A stretch of 64,000 bases of DNA from Pseudomonas aeruginosa PAO1 (GTDB taxonomy: Bacteria; Pseudomonadota; Gammaproteobacteria; Pseudomonadales; Pseudomonadaceae): assembly GCF_000006765.1 (NCBI RefSeq), contig NC_002516.2; one strand, given 5' to 3'. Position 1 is the first letter of the stretch, and the number at the start of each line of letters is the position of its first letter. This document shows positions 55,219 to 64,000 of this stretch, piece by piece. The position numbers and the translations under genes are program-made. The notes beneath the pieces were generated by a model that made no database searches, had not been told where the DNA came from, and saw only the letters and a program-made list of their open reading frames with translations.

Positions 55219-55337
55219 GTCGCGCCGGCAGGGGCGCGGCGCCGCGACCGCTCCTCGCAAGGAACTTGAACCGGGCCTGCCCCTGCGGCAGGCTTCTGAA
55301 TCACTGAACGACCCCGCGATTGGGAGATACGAGAACC

Positions 55338-56402
55338 ATGGCACTCATCAGCATGCGCCAGATGCTGGATCACGCCGCCGAATTCGGCTACGGCGTGCCG
55401 GCCTTCAACGTCAACAACCTCGAGCAGATGCGCGCCATCATGGAAGCGGCGGACAAGACCGATTCGCCCGTGATCGTCCAGGCTTCCGCCGGTGCTCGCA
55501 AATACGCCGGCGCGCCCTTCCTGCGCCACCTGATCCTCGCCGCGATCGAAGAATTCCCGCACATCCCGGTGGTCATGCACCAGGATCACGGCACCAGTCC
55601 CGACGTCTGCCAGCGTTCCATCCAGCTGGGCTTCAGCTCGGTGATGATGGACGGCTCCCTGCGTGAAGACGGCAAGACCCCTGCCGACTACGACTACAAC
55701 GTCCGTGTGACCCAGCAGACCGTGGCGTTCGCCCATGCCTGCGGCGTGTCCGTGGAAGGCGAGCTGGGCTGCCTGGGTTCCCTGGAAACCGGCATGGCCG
55801 GCGAGGAAGACGGCGTCGGCGCGGAAGGCGTGCTGGACCACAGCCAGTTGCTGACCGATCCGGAAGAAGCCGCCGACTTCGTGAAGAAGACCAAGGTCGA
55901 CGCCCTGGCCATCGCCATCGGCACCAGCCACGGCGCCTACAAGTTCACCAAGCCGCCGACCGGGGACACCCTGTCGATCCAGCGCATCAAGGAAATCCAC
56001 GCGCGCATCCCGGACACCCACCTGGTGATGCACGGCTCTTCCTCGGTACCGCAGGACTGGCTGGCGATCATCAACGAGTACGGCGGCGAGATCAAAGAGA
56101 CCTACGGCGTGCCGGTCGAGGAAATCGTCGAGGGCATCAAGTACGGCGTGCGCAAGGTGAACATCGACACCGACCTGCGCCTGGCCTCCACCGGTGCCAT
56201 CCGCCGCTTCCTGGCGCAGAACCCGAGCGAGTTCGACCCGCGCAAGTACTTCTCCAAGACCGTCGAGGCCATGCGCGACATCTGCATCGCTCGCTACGAA
56301 GCCTTCGGCACCGCCGGCAACGCTTCCAAGATCAAGCCGATCTCCCTGGAAGGCATGTTCCAGCGCTACGCTCGCGGCGAGCTGGATCCGAAGGTCAACT
56401 AA
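55338..56402 (+). CDS. fda: Class II fructose-bisphosphate aldolase
   Basis: HQDHG, VEGELG, IGTSHG, VMHGSS, KVNIDTD; 354 aa. Confidence 0.98.
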   Translation: MALISMRQMLDHAAEFGYGVPAFNVNNLEQMRAIMEAADKTDSPVIVQASAGARKYAGAPFLRHLILAAIEEFPHIPVVMHQDHGTSPDVCQRSIQLGFSSVMMDGSLREDGKTPADYDYNVRVTQQTVAFAHACGVSVEGELGCLGSLETGMAGEEDGVGAEGVLDHSQLLTDPEEAADFVKKTKVDALAIAIGTSHGAYKFTKPPTGDTLSIQRIKEIHARIPDTHLVMHGSSSVPQDWLAIINEYGGEIKETYGVPVEEIVEGIKYGVRKVNIDTDLRLASTGAIRRFLAQNPSEFDPRKYFSKTVEAMRDICIARYEAFGTAGNASKIKPISLEGMFQRYARGELDPKVN

Positions 56403-56420
56403 GCGCCTTCGTTCGAACGG

Positions 56421-56443
56421 GAGCCCCGCTGGTCGGGGCTCTT
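56421..56443 (+). terminator. Probable terminator
   Basis: GAGCCCCG-CTGGT-CGGGGCTC-TT; weak U tract. Confidence 0.55.
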
Positions 56444-56467
56444 GCACATCCGCCCCGGGGAAATCCG

Positions 56468-56950
56468 ATGCGCCGCTGGCTCCTGACCCTGCCGTTCCTG
56501 CTGCTGGCCGGTTGCGCTGGCCTGCACGCGCCGTCCCGCGACGTCGAGGAGGCCGCGTCGCCGAGCGTAGCGCGCGATCCCGCCGACCCGCAGGATTGCC
56601 TGGCGCGCAGCGACTGCACGACCAAGACTTCGCGCACCCTGCTGTTCGTCTTCGACTATGCAGAGGCCGGCGGCGAACTGGTGGTGCGCGACGGCCGCCA
56701 ACTGGAAACCCCGCCGGCGCCGCAACGCTCCACCTGGCCGGCGTTGCGCATCCAGCTGGCCGAGCCGGTCAACGGTCGCTTCGAGTTCGAGAGCCCCTGC
56801 CTGCGCAAGAGCGGCAAGGGTTGCCGCTACAGCCAGGCTATGCTGCTGAAGGTCTACCGCAGCTACCTGGTCGGCAAGCCTTGCTCGCTGCTCAGTCCTC
56901 GCGCAGTGAAACGCTGCGTCGACCCGGCGGCGACCGCCGCGCGGCGCTGA
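56468..56950 (+). CDS. Cys-rich hypothetical lipoprotein (PA0556)
   Basis: Lipobox LAGC plus six further Cys. Confidence 0.8.
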   Translation: MRRWLLTLPFLLLAGCAGLHAPSRDVEEAASPSVARDPADPQDCLARSDCTTKTSRTLLFVFDYAEAGGELVVRDGRQLETPPAPQRSTWPALRIQLAEPVNGRFEFESPCLRKSGKGCRYSQAMLLKVYRSYLVGKPCSLLSPRAVKRCVDPAATAARR

Positions 56951-56951
56951 G

Positions 56952-57377
56952 TCAGGGCTGCAGGTCGAACAGCGCCTTGCCGTCCATGTCGAACGGCGCC
57001 GAGAAATGCTCGTGGATCACCTTCCAGCCGTCGCCGTGCTTGCGGTAGCCGGCGCTGACCCGCATCCACGAGGAGTGCGGCTGGCCGTCCGGGCCGGTGC
57101 CGCCGCAGTGGCAGAGGTAGTGGGCGAAGGCGACCTGCGGGTCGGCATGGATCTGCAGTTCGGCGATATCGAAGGTCATCGGTCCTTTGCACATCTCGGT
57201 GCAGGCCTGCCAGTGCTTCTGGTAGGCGTCGCGCCCCTTGAATTGCAATTGCAGGATGGCGTCGAAGGCGACGATGTCCTCCGCGTAGTACGAGACGATG
57301 CGCGGAACGTCGCTGGCGCGGACGGCGGCTCGCCAGTCTTCGATCAATTGGCGGATGGCGCTGACTTCGCTGCTCAT
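56952..57377 (-). CDS. SnoaL/NTF2-like (YybH/DUF4440) protein (PA0557)
   Basis: DIVAFDAI, W.RVSAGYRK..DGWKVIHEHFSAPFD; GGAG RBS. Confidence 0.88.
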   Translation of the reverse strand: MSSEVSAIRQLIEDWRAAVRASDVPRIVSYYAEDIVAFDAILQLQFKGRDAYQKHWQACTEMCKGPMTFDIAELQIHADPQVAFAHYLCHCGGTGPDGQPHSSWMRVSAGYRKHGDGWKVIHEHFSAPFDMDGKALFDLQP

Positions 57378-57434
57378 GGCTGACTCCTGGTTGTGGCGGG
57401 GGACGCCGGCGTGTGCCGGGATGCTTTTACCCTG

Positions 57435-57461
57435 GTCGTCGGGTGGGCCTTCGGATCGACA
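57435..57461 (-). promoter_or_regulatory. Candidate ECF42-type promoter
   Basis: Minus strand TGTCGA (57461-57456), 17 nt, CGAC (57438-57435). Confidence 0.45.
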
Positions 57462-57606
57462 ATAGCCTCTTCCCCGAGAGGTCCACGAAGCCCCTGACCA
57501 ATGGCTGCGAGCCACGCCGCGCAAGGCTTTGAACCGTTCGTCTGGAATTCGTGGGAAAACCGCTGTGCTATACCTCGGGCTTTCCCTGCCGCCCAGGAGG
57601 TCCCTC

Positions 57607-58374
57607 ATGTCGTCCGTACACAGCGCCGCCCAGCAAGGTTTCAGCGCCGAGGCCCAGCGTTACGCCCAGGGCCGGCCCGAGTATCCGGAAGCGCTCTCCG
57701 ACTGGTTGCGCGATGCCCTTGGCCTGCGTCCGCAGACCGTCGCGGTGGACCTCGGCGCCGGCACCGGCAAGTTCACCCGCCTGCTGGCCCGTACCGGCGC
57801 GCGAGTGGTCGCGGTGGAACCGGTGGATGCGATGCGCGCCCAGCTTGCCGAAGCCTTGCCGCAGGTCCAGGCGCTGGCCGGTAGCGCCCAGTCGATTCCG
57901 CTGGCCAACGGCTTCGCCGACGCCCTGGTGTGCGCACAGGCCTTCCATTGGTTCGCCACCGTGGAGGCGCTGGAGGAAATGCGCCGCGTGCTGACGGCGG
58001 AAGGCAGGCTGGGGCTGGTGTGGAACGTGCGTGACGAGTCGCTGGATTGGGTCGCCGAGATCACTCGCATCATCACCCCCTACGAAGGCGACGCGCCGCG
58101 CTTCTACAAGGGCGACTGGCGTCGGCCGTTCGAGCGCGCGCCCTTCGGACCGCTGCGACTTTCCACCTTCGCCTACGAGCATGTCGGTCCGCCGGAGCAG
58201 GTGATCGTCTCGCGCTTCCTTTCGGTGAGCTTCATCGCCGCCTTGCCGGAGACGGAAAAGAACGCCGTGGCGGCGCAATTGCGCGAGCTGGTCGCCAGCC
58301 ACCCGGCGCTCAAGGGGAAGGAGCAGGTAGCGCTGCCCTATCGTACCGAGGCCTATCTGGCCGAGGCGCGCTAG
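57607..58374 (+). CDS. Class I SAM-dependent methyltransferase (PA0558)
   Basis: YAQGRPEYP, DLGAGTGKFT, AQAFHWF, LVWN.RD. Confidence 0.92.
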   Translation: MSSVHSAAQQGFSAEAQRYAQGRPEYPEALSDWLRDALGLRPQTVAVDLGAGTGKFTRLLARTGARVVAVEPVDAMRAQLAEALPQVQALAGSAQSIPLANGFADALVCAQAFHWFATVEALEEMRRVLTAEGRLGLVWNVRDESLDWVAEITRIITPYEGDAPRFYKGDWRRPFERAPFGPLRLSTFAYEHVGPPEQVIVSRFLSVSFIAALPETEKNAVAAQLRELVASHPALKGKEQVALPYRTEAYLAEAR

Positions 58375-59549
58375 GCGTACTGCCCCGCCGCATAACCCGA
58401 GGCCCAGGCCCACTGGAAGTTGAAGCCGCCGAGATGGCCGCTGACGTCCAGTACTTCGCCGACGAAATACAGCCCCGGCGAGCGCTGCGACTCCATGGTC
58501 TTCGACGACACTTCGTCGGTGCTCACCCCGCCCAGGGTCACTTCCGCGGTGCGGTAGCCCTCGGTGCCCGAGGGCGTGACCCGCCAGGCCGAAAGCTGCC
58601 CGGCGATACCCGCCAGTTCGGTCGGGGTGTACTGCTTCATCGGCTTGGAGACGAACCAGCGGTCGGCCAGCAGTCCGGCGAGCTTCTTGGTGAACAGCTC
58701 GGCGAGCAGGGTCTTCAGCTCGCTGTTGGGACGCTCGCGCTGTTGCTGCGCCAGCCATTCGCTGGCGTCGTGGTCCGGCAGCAGGTCGATTTCCAGGGTA
58801 TCGCCCGGTTGCCAGTAGGAGGAAATCTGCAACATCGCCGGGCCGCTGAGGCCGCGATGGGTGAACAGCAGGTTCTCGCGGAACGCCTGGCCGTTGCAGC
58901 TCACCCGGCAATCCACGGAGGTGCCGGAAAGCTCGGCGCACAGCTCCTTCAGCTGGTCGGTGATGGTGAACGGCACCAGCCCGGCGCGGGTCGGCAGCAC
59001 CTCGTGGCCGAACTGGCGCGCCACCTGGTAGCCGAAACCGCTAGCGCCGAGGGTCGGGATCGACAGGCCGCCGCTGGCGATCACCAGCGACTCGCAGCGC
59101 ATCTCGCCGGCGCTGGTACGCAGGCGGTAGCCGGCGTCGTCGCGGGCGATCTCTTCGATCGAGGTGTCCAGCAGGATTTCCGCTCCGGCCTCGGCGCATT
59201 CGCGCAGCAGCATCTCGAGGATGTCGCTGGACTTGTTGTCGCAGAACAGCTGGCCGAGTTTCTTCTCGTGGTACGGCACCTGGTGCTTGGCCACCAGGCC
59301 GATGAAGTCCCACTGGGTGTAGCGGGCCAGCGCCGACTTGCAGAAGTGGGGGTTGCGCGAAAGGAAGTTGGCCGGCTCGGTGTACAGGTTGGTGAAATTG
59401 CAGCGCCCGCCGCCGGACATGAGGATCTTCTTGCCGGCCTTGTTGGCGTGGTCGAGTACCCGCACGCGGCGCCCGCGCCCGGCCGCCGTCATCGCACACA
59501 TCAGCCCGGCCGCCCCGGCGCCAACGATCAGCACATCTGTACTTGCCAC
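58371..59549 (-). CDS. HI0933/YhiN-family flavoprotein (PA0559)
   Basis: GAGAAG, KILMSGGGRCNFTN, LFTHRGLSGP, VTLGGV, GGFNFQWAWASG; GTG start. Confidence 0.94.
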   Translation of the reverse strand: MASTDVLIVGAGAAGLMCAMTAAGRGRRVRVLDHANKAGKKILMSGGGRCNFTNLYTEPANFLSRNPHFCKSALARYTQWDFIGLVAKHQVPYHEKKLGQLFCDNKSSDILEMLLRECAEAGAEILLDTSIEEIARDDAGYRLRTSAGEMRCESLVIASGGLSIPTLGASGFGYQVARQFGHEVLPTRAGLVPFTITDQLKELCAELSGTSVDCRVSCNGQAFRENLLFTHRGLSGPAMLQISSYWQPGDTLEIDLLPDHDASEWLAQQQRERPNSELKTLLAELFTKKLAGLLADRWFVSKPMKQYTPTELAGIAGQLSAWRVTPSGTEGYRTAEVTLGGVSTDEVSSKTMESQRSPGLYFVGEVLDVSGHLGGFNFQWAWASGYAAGQYA

Positions 59550-59661
59550 TGTCCCACTCCGCTCATCGGAAACGGCGCGCATCTTACCCGAAGCGGCGGT
59601 CGGCCGCCGGAGCTCCCGACGCGGTACACTGGGCGTTTTCCGCGAACCGCCGGACCCGTGC

Positions 59662-60150
59662 ATGATCCCCCTCAAGTACCTCCAGGCCTATCCCGCATCG
59701 CTGCAGGACCAGGTCCGCCAGCTGATCGCCGAGAACCGCCTGGGCGAGTACCTCGAGCGCCGCTACCCGGGGCGTCACGATGTGCAGAGTGACAAGGCGC
59801 TGTACGCCTACACCATGAACCTCAAGCAGGAACACCTGCGCAACGCGCCGGGCCTGGACAAGGTGCTCTACGACAACAAGCTCGACGTGGTCCAGCGTGC
59901 CCTCGGCCTGCACACCGCGATCTCGCGGGTGCAGGGCGGCAAGCTCAAGGCGAAGAAGGAAATCCGCGTGGCTTCCCTGTTCAAGGACGCCGCCCCGGAG
60001 TTCCTGCGGATGATCGTCGTCCACGAACTCGCCCACCTGAAGGAAAGCGAGCACAACAAGGCGTTCTACCAGCTCTGCCAGTACATGCTGCCGGACTATC
60101 ACCAGCTGGAGTTCGACCTGCGGGTGTACCTGACCTGGAAGAGTCTCTAG
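59662..60150 (+). CDS. YgjP/M48-like metallopeptidase or UTP pyrophosphatase family protein (PA0560)
   Basis: IVVHELAHLKE.EHNKAFY. Confidence 0.9.
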   Translation: MIPLKYLQAYPASLQDQVRQLIAENRLGEYLERRYPGRHDVQSDKALYAYTMNLKQEHLRNAPGLDKVLYDNKLDVVQRALGLHTAISRVQGGKLKAKKEIRVASLFKDAAPEFLRMIVVHELAHLKESEHNKAFYQLCQYMLPDYHQLEFDLRVYLTWKSL

Positions 60151-60175
60151 CGGCTGTTACAAGGATGAATTCTCG

Positions 60176-61330
60176 ATGGGAAGCGCTTCGCAACGTTCGG
60201 TGCAGGATCTTTATGAGGACGTGGGAGATCACTACCGGATCTTTATCCGGGCGCCATTCTTTCAATTGCTGAAACACAGGGACTACTGGGTTCCCCTGCT
60301 GTATTTCTTCTTCGTGTTGATCACGATGTTCTGGGACTTGTATTGCCACTCCGGACAGTACCTCTACGAAGCCAGGAGTCTGCTCCCTTTCTATCTGTTC
60401 CCGTTTCTGATCGCTGCGCTACGGATAGGCGATATCGTCGTCGATACGCGCTGTCGCAATGTGGAGAACCTGGGAGGCTTCGAGCGCTCCGCCGAGAGCA
60501 GTCGCTACGTCCAGCTTTCCCTCTACGAACGGCAATGGTTCCGGCTGCGGTACCGGGCCTATGGCGGTAACCTCCGCTGCCTGGCGGGCGATCTGGTGGA
60601 GAACTGGCGCCTCTGGAAGGAGGTGAATTCGAAGGCCGCGAAGGATATCGACGGCGCAGTGATGCTGCGATTCTTTCTGCCTCCCCGGGACCTTGCTCGT
60701 CTGGTCACGCTGTTGGCTGCGCTCATTGCGGTCATCGCCACTCTCATCATTACCCTGGGGGCTGACAGGCAGGGCTATTTCGAGTTTGTCGACAACCTGC
60801 CCGCCTATCTGAAACTGTATTGGGGCGTCGTTTTCATCATTGCCTTCAGCGGTCCATACATGATCTTCCTGGGGATGCAGGCGCGCCTGGTACTGCGCGC
60901 AATGATCGACGCATTGTCCATTTCCCAACCAAGCGACAAGCTGTTCTATCAATTCATCCAGCGGCTCATCTGGGCGGACGGAGTGAAACCGGCGAATCCC
61001 AGTGCCAACAGCAGGGTGCTACGGGCGGTCGACTCCATGGTCGATTTCTTCTACGAGGAGTGGAGAAGCGCCATCGGCAAGCTTGTGCTGTGGCTCGTTG
61101 CCCTGCTTGCGCTGCTTCTTTGCACGCTTTTGCATTGCCTGCTCCGAGTCTTTTGCTCGGCGAGAACGTTGGGAGAGGCGCTGATGCGGATTCTCTTGGC
61201 TGTTCTGGGGAGCGTTTGCCGGATAGTCGCGGCGATCCAGCGCTTGAATCTTGCCGTGCCCTTCCACTGGACCTTCTTCGTGCTGACGGGAACGGGAGCC
61301 TTGTTCGCAACCCTCTGCGGGCAGCCCTGA
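60176..61330 (+). CDS. Orphan multi-pass membrane protein with atypical composition (PA0561)
   Basis: 384-aa open frame with AAGGA RBS; hydrophobic helix pairs; many AT-ending codons. Confidence 0.8.
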   Translation: MGSASQRSVQDLYEDVGDHYRIFIRAPFFQLLKHRDYWVPLLYFFFVLITMFWDLYCHSGQYLYEARSLLPFYLFPFLIAALRIGDIVVDTRCRNVENLGGFERSAESSRYVQLSLYERQWFRLRYRAYGGNLRCLAGDLVENWRLWKEVNSKAAKDIDGAVMLRFFLPPRDLARLVTLLAALIAVIATLIITLGADRQGYFEFVDNLPAYLKLYWGVVFIIAFSGPYMIFLGMQARLVLRAMIDALSISQPSDKLFYQFIQRLIWADGVKPANPSANSRVLRAVDSMVDFFYEEWRSAIGKLVLWLVALLALLLCTLLHCLLRVFCSARTLGEALMRILLAVLGSVCRIVAAIQRLNLAVPFHWTFFVLTGTGALFATLCGQP

Positions 61331-61331
61331 C

Positions 61332-62006
61332 TCAGACTGTCCGGCGCAAGCGCGCCACCGTCTCCGGCAGTTCGCGCATGTGCTCGACGATGGCGATGGC
61401 GCCCAGCTCGCGCAGTACCTCGGCGTGCCCGGCGGGAATGTGCCCGGCGCCGACGAAGCCGATCACCCGCATCCCCGCGGCGAGGGCGGCGCGGGTGCCG
61501 GTGCTGCTGTCTTCCACCACCAGGCAACGCTCGGGGGCGACGCCGAGCAGGCTGGCGGCGTGCAGGTAGACGTCGGGTGCGGGCTTGGGCAGGGCGACCA
61601 TATCGGCGCTGGCCAGGCGTTCGCCGATCAGTTCGCTGAGCCCGGCGCGCGCCAGCGAGCGCTCCAGGCTGTGGCGGCGGCTGTTGGAGGCCACCGCGAC
61701 GGGCAGGTCCAGGGCCAGCAGCGCCTCGCGTGCGCCGGGAATGGGTTGGACCTGGGCGACCATCTCCTCGCTGCGCTGGCGCACCTCGCGGTTGAAGCTG
61801 TCGGGGATGCGCAGGCCGAAGTGCTTCTCGACGCGATCGAGGATGTCGCGGCTGGTCAGGCCGAAGGTGCCTTCCAGCAGGCGCTGCAGCTCCTCCAGCG
61901 GCGCGTAGGCGCTGAGCGCCTCGTACATCACGCGCTCGGCGATGACCTCGCTGTCGACCAGGACGCCGTCGCAGTCGGAAATCAGTGCGTCGATGGGGTG
62001 GGGCAT
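61332..62006 (-). CDS. HAD-family hydrolase (PA0562)
   Basis: DCDGVLVDSE, ASNS, KPAPDVY, VVEDS..G. Confidence 0.95.
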   Translation of the reverse strand: MPHPIDALISDCDGVLVDSEVIAERVMYEALSAYAPLEELQRLLEGTFGLTSRDILDRVEKHFGLRIPDSFNREVRQRSEEMVAQVQPIPGAREALLALDLPVAVASNSRRHSLERSLARAGLSELIGERLASADMVALPKPAPDVYLHAASLLGVAPERCLVVEDSSTGTRAALAAGMRVIGFVGAGHIPAGHAEVLRELGAIAIVEHMRELPETVARLRRTV

Positions 62007-62134
62007 GGGCTACCTCGCTGCGGGCGTTGGCGCAGGGCGCCGGAGTGGGAGCGAGGCATTCTAACCCCGGTCAGGGGCGGGAAGGGAAACAGGGAGAGGG
62101 AGAACGCCGGGCCGTGCGGCCCGGCGGGAAGGAA

Positions 62135-62488
62135 TCAGGCGATGCCCTTCGGGTTCTGGCCGTACTGGTTCTGGCCGGCGTCGCTGTCCTTGGCCAGCAG
62201 GTAGATCAGGTACAGGCCGACGATCGGGATCAGCGCGATCAGCATCCACCAGCCGCTCTTGTTGATGTCGTGCAGACGCCGGGCGGTGACGCCCAGGGCC
62301 GGCAGCAGCACGGCGAGCGAGTAGAGATTGGCGATCGGCAGGAGCTTTTCACTGATCAGGCCGAGCACGACGCTCAGCGCGACGGAGATGATGATGTTCA
62401 CCAGGGTGAACATCCAGTATTCCTTGCGACGGGCACGCCCGTTGAAGTCGAAGTAGTGTTCCTTCACGCATTTCAGAAACCATTCCAT
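62135..62488 (-). CDS. DUF805 (YhaH-like) membrane protein (PA0563)
   Basis: YFDFNGRARRKEYW, RRLHDINKSGWW, GQNQYGQNPK. Confidence 0.94.
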   Translation of the reverse strand: MEWFLKCVKEHYFDFNGRARRKEYWMFTLVNIIISVALSVVLGLISEKLLPIANLYSLAVLLPALGVTARRLHDINKSGWWMLIALIPIVGLYLIYLLAKDSDAGQNQYGQNPKGIA

Positions 62489-62665
62489 GTTTGCCTCCTG
62501 GGCGTACTGGTAAAGCGGGAGAGTGGGTGCCGCGACAAGTACCCCCGCGCCTCCTTGCCGGGAAAGCACAGTGTAGCCGTACTGTCAGTGAATTCGTACA
62601 GGATGTTGCGAAAATCATTCACATTGCATAGCAGCGGATCGCCGAAATGTGCGCCGGTAGCGCTT

Positions 62666-63577
62666 TCAGCGAGCGGAGTCGGCCTGGCGGCGGAAACGGC
62701 CCGGCGATTCGCCGAAGGCCTGGCGGAAATTGCGGGAAAACGCCGCCTCCGACTGGTAGCCGGTCTCGGCGGCGATATCCAGCAGGCTCTTCTGCGTTTG
62801 TCGCAGCAGGCCGCGAGCCTTCTCCATGCGGATGCGGGTCAGCAGGTTCCACGGCGAGGTTCCGCCGAGGGCGGAGAAGGCGCGGACGAAACTGGCCCGC
62901 GACATCGCCGCCTGCTGGGCAAGCTGTTCCAGGGTCCAGGCATGCTCCGGGCGTTCCAGCATGGCCCGCAGGGCTCGTCCCAGGCGGGCGTCGCCCAGCA
63001 GGCCGAACAGGCCGTCGCCCAGCGGTTGGCGGTCCAGGTAGGCGCGCAGGGCCAGGGCGAACAGCGCGGTGGCCAGCGCGTCGATGATCGAGCGGGCGCC
63101 GCTGCGGGTGCTCTCGGCTTCCTCGCGCATCAACCCGATCAGCGCGCGCAGGGGCTGCTGGGTCGACTCGTCCATATGCACCAGCAGGCGCTCGGGTAGC
63201 GCGCCGAACAGGCTGGCACCGGCGTGATAGCGGTAGCTGCCGCAAAGCATGTCGAGGGCCTCGCCGGGGCCGTTCAACTGGTACAGCGGGATGCTGCCGC
63301 GGTGCTCTACGGTGGGTTCGCAGGGTTGCGCCGGGCTGTCGCTGCGCAGGAGGTGCGGGGTGCCGCGTGGCAACAGAATCAGGTCGCCGGGATGCAGGTC
63401 GAGGCGACCGCCATCGAGGAATTCGCAATAGCAGGTGCCGGCCATGACGATATGGAAGGTCGCCTCGCCGGGCACCGCTTGCGGGTGCTCCAGCGCCCAG
63501 CTGCCCTGTAGCTGGCAGCGCTGGTCGAGGCGGCCCTGCAGGTTGGCGAGCTGGATGAGCCGGTCGAGTGGGTCCAT
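62666..63577 (-). CDS. rcsR: AraC-family regulator with cupin domain, RclR-like (PA0564)
   Basis: FHIV..G.C, LCG, W.LEQLA..A.MSRASF, GYQSEAAFSRNF. Symbol from recall. Confidence 0.85.
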   Translation of the reverse strand: MDPLDRLIQLANLQGRLDQRCQLQGSWALEHPQAVPGEATFHIVMAGTCYCEFLDGGRLDLHPGDLILLPRGTPHLLRSDSPAQPCEPTVEHRGSIPLYQLNGPGEALDMLCGSYRYHAGASLFGALPERLLVHMDESTQQPLRALIGLMREEAESTRSGARSIIDALATALFALALRAYLDRQPLGDGLFGLLGDARLGRALRAMLERPEHAWTLEQLAQQAAMSRASFVRAFSALGGTSPWNLLTRIRMEKARGLLRQTQKSLLDIAAETGYQSEAAFSRNFRQAFGESPGRFRRQADSAR

Positions 63578-63694
63578 GGGATGAGCCGATCAGGTCGAAA
63601 GTAGAGACGCATGGGCAGGCGGCGCGGTCCAGACTGGTCGAGACTGGTAACCCGACGCGCCACTCCCGGCGCGACAGCAACGGAGAATATCACC

Positions 63695-64000
63695 ATGCTG
63701 AACAACTGGACCGAGTTCGTCCCCGCCGTGAAAAAAGCCTTCGGTGCCCTGGGCAAGCAACACCCGAAGATGCTCGCCGCCTATGGCGCGCTGGAGGAAG
63801 CCAGCGCCGAGGGCGCCCTGGATGCCAAGACCCGCGAACTGATCTCCATCGCCGTGGCCATTACCACCCGTTGCGACGGTTGCATCGGCGTGCACACCGA
63901 GGCCGCGCTGAAGGCCGGCGCCAGCGAGGCGGAAATCGCCCAGACCCTGGCTACCGCCATCTCCCTGAATGCCGGCGCCGCCTATGTCTATTCGCTGCGC
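63695..64000 (+). CDS. rcsA: AhpD/carboxymuconolactone decarboxylase-family protein, truncated by the window (PA0565)
   Basis: Not in the track; MLNNWTEF..LDAKTRELISIAVAITTRCDGCIGVH (CxxC..H). Symbol from recall. Confidence 0.88.
   Translation, partial: MLNNWTEFVPAVKKAFGALGKQHPKMLAAYGALEEASAEGALDAKTRELISIAVAITTRCDGCIGVHTEAALKAGASEAEIAQTLATAISLNAGAAYVYSLR

Noticed and set aside
55262-55299. GAACTT resembling an AlgU -35 upstream of fda
   Set aside because: No TCT(G/A)A -10 at 16-17 bp; the region is better explained as a hairpin after the lipoprotein gene.
60165-60272. 35-codon out-of-frame ORF overlapping the start of the orphan membrane gene
   Set aside because: AAGG abuts its ATG, which is poor spacing; the same RBS suits ATG 60176; no supporting features.

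Overview
High-GC Pseudomonas aeruginosa core chromosome. From recall (not checked by search), gene order and lengths match PAO1 PA0498-PA0565. Left to right: the end of a chaperone/adhesin fimbrial cassette; bioBFHCD; a 76-aa ORF; three tandem acyl-CoA dehydrogenases; the denitrification cluster (nirSMCFDLGHJEN, nirQOP, norCBD, dnr) with Anr/Dnr boxes; the rsmY sRNA with its GacA box; a LysR-controlled MOSC/aminotransferase/amidotransferase operon; a PAS-LuxR regulator; pauB1 with an XRE-cupin regulator; TPM/LemA, dsbB and several envelope genes; sahR-metK; tktA; epd-pgk-fda; assorted singletons; and the rcsR/rcsA (AraC/AhpD) pair at the right edge. I found no CRISPR array, IS/transposase, integrase, prophage, tRNA or rRNA, and no unambiguous new multi-gene system. 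The best leads are poorly described pieces: a tiny protein resembling the fused N- and C-termini of flagellar rod/hook proteins (6344-6574); a translationally coupled 78-aa ORF inside an uncharacterised operon with a diverged ArgD-like enzyme (29997-32821); a ParB/Srx-like protein coupled to tktA; a low-GC orphan membrane gene (60176-61330); and several strong regulatory dyads. PA numbers, regulator consensus motifs and family assignments are from memory and pattern recognition, not database searches.
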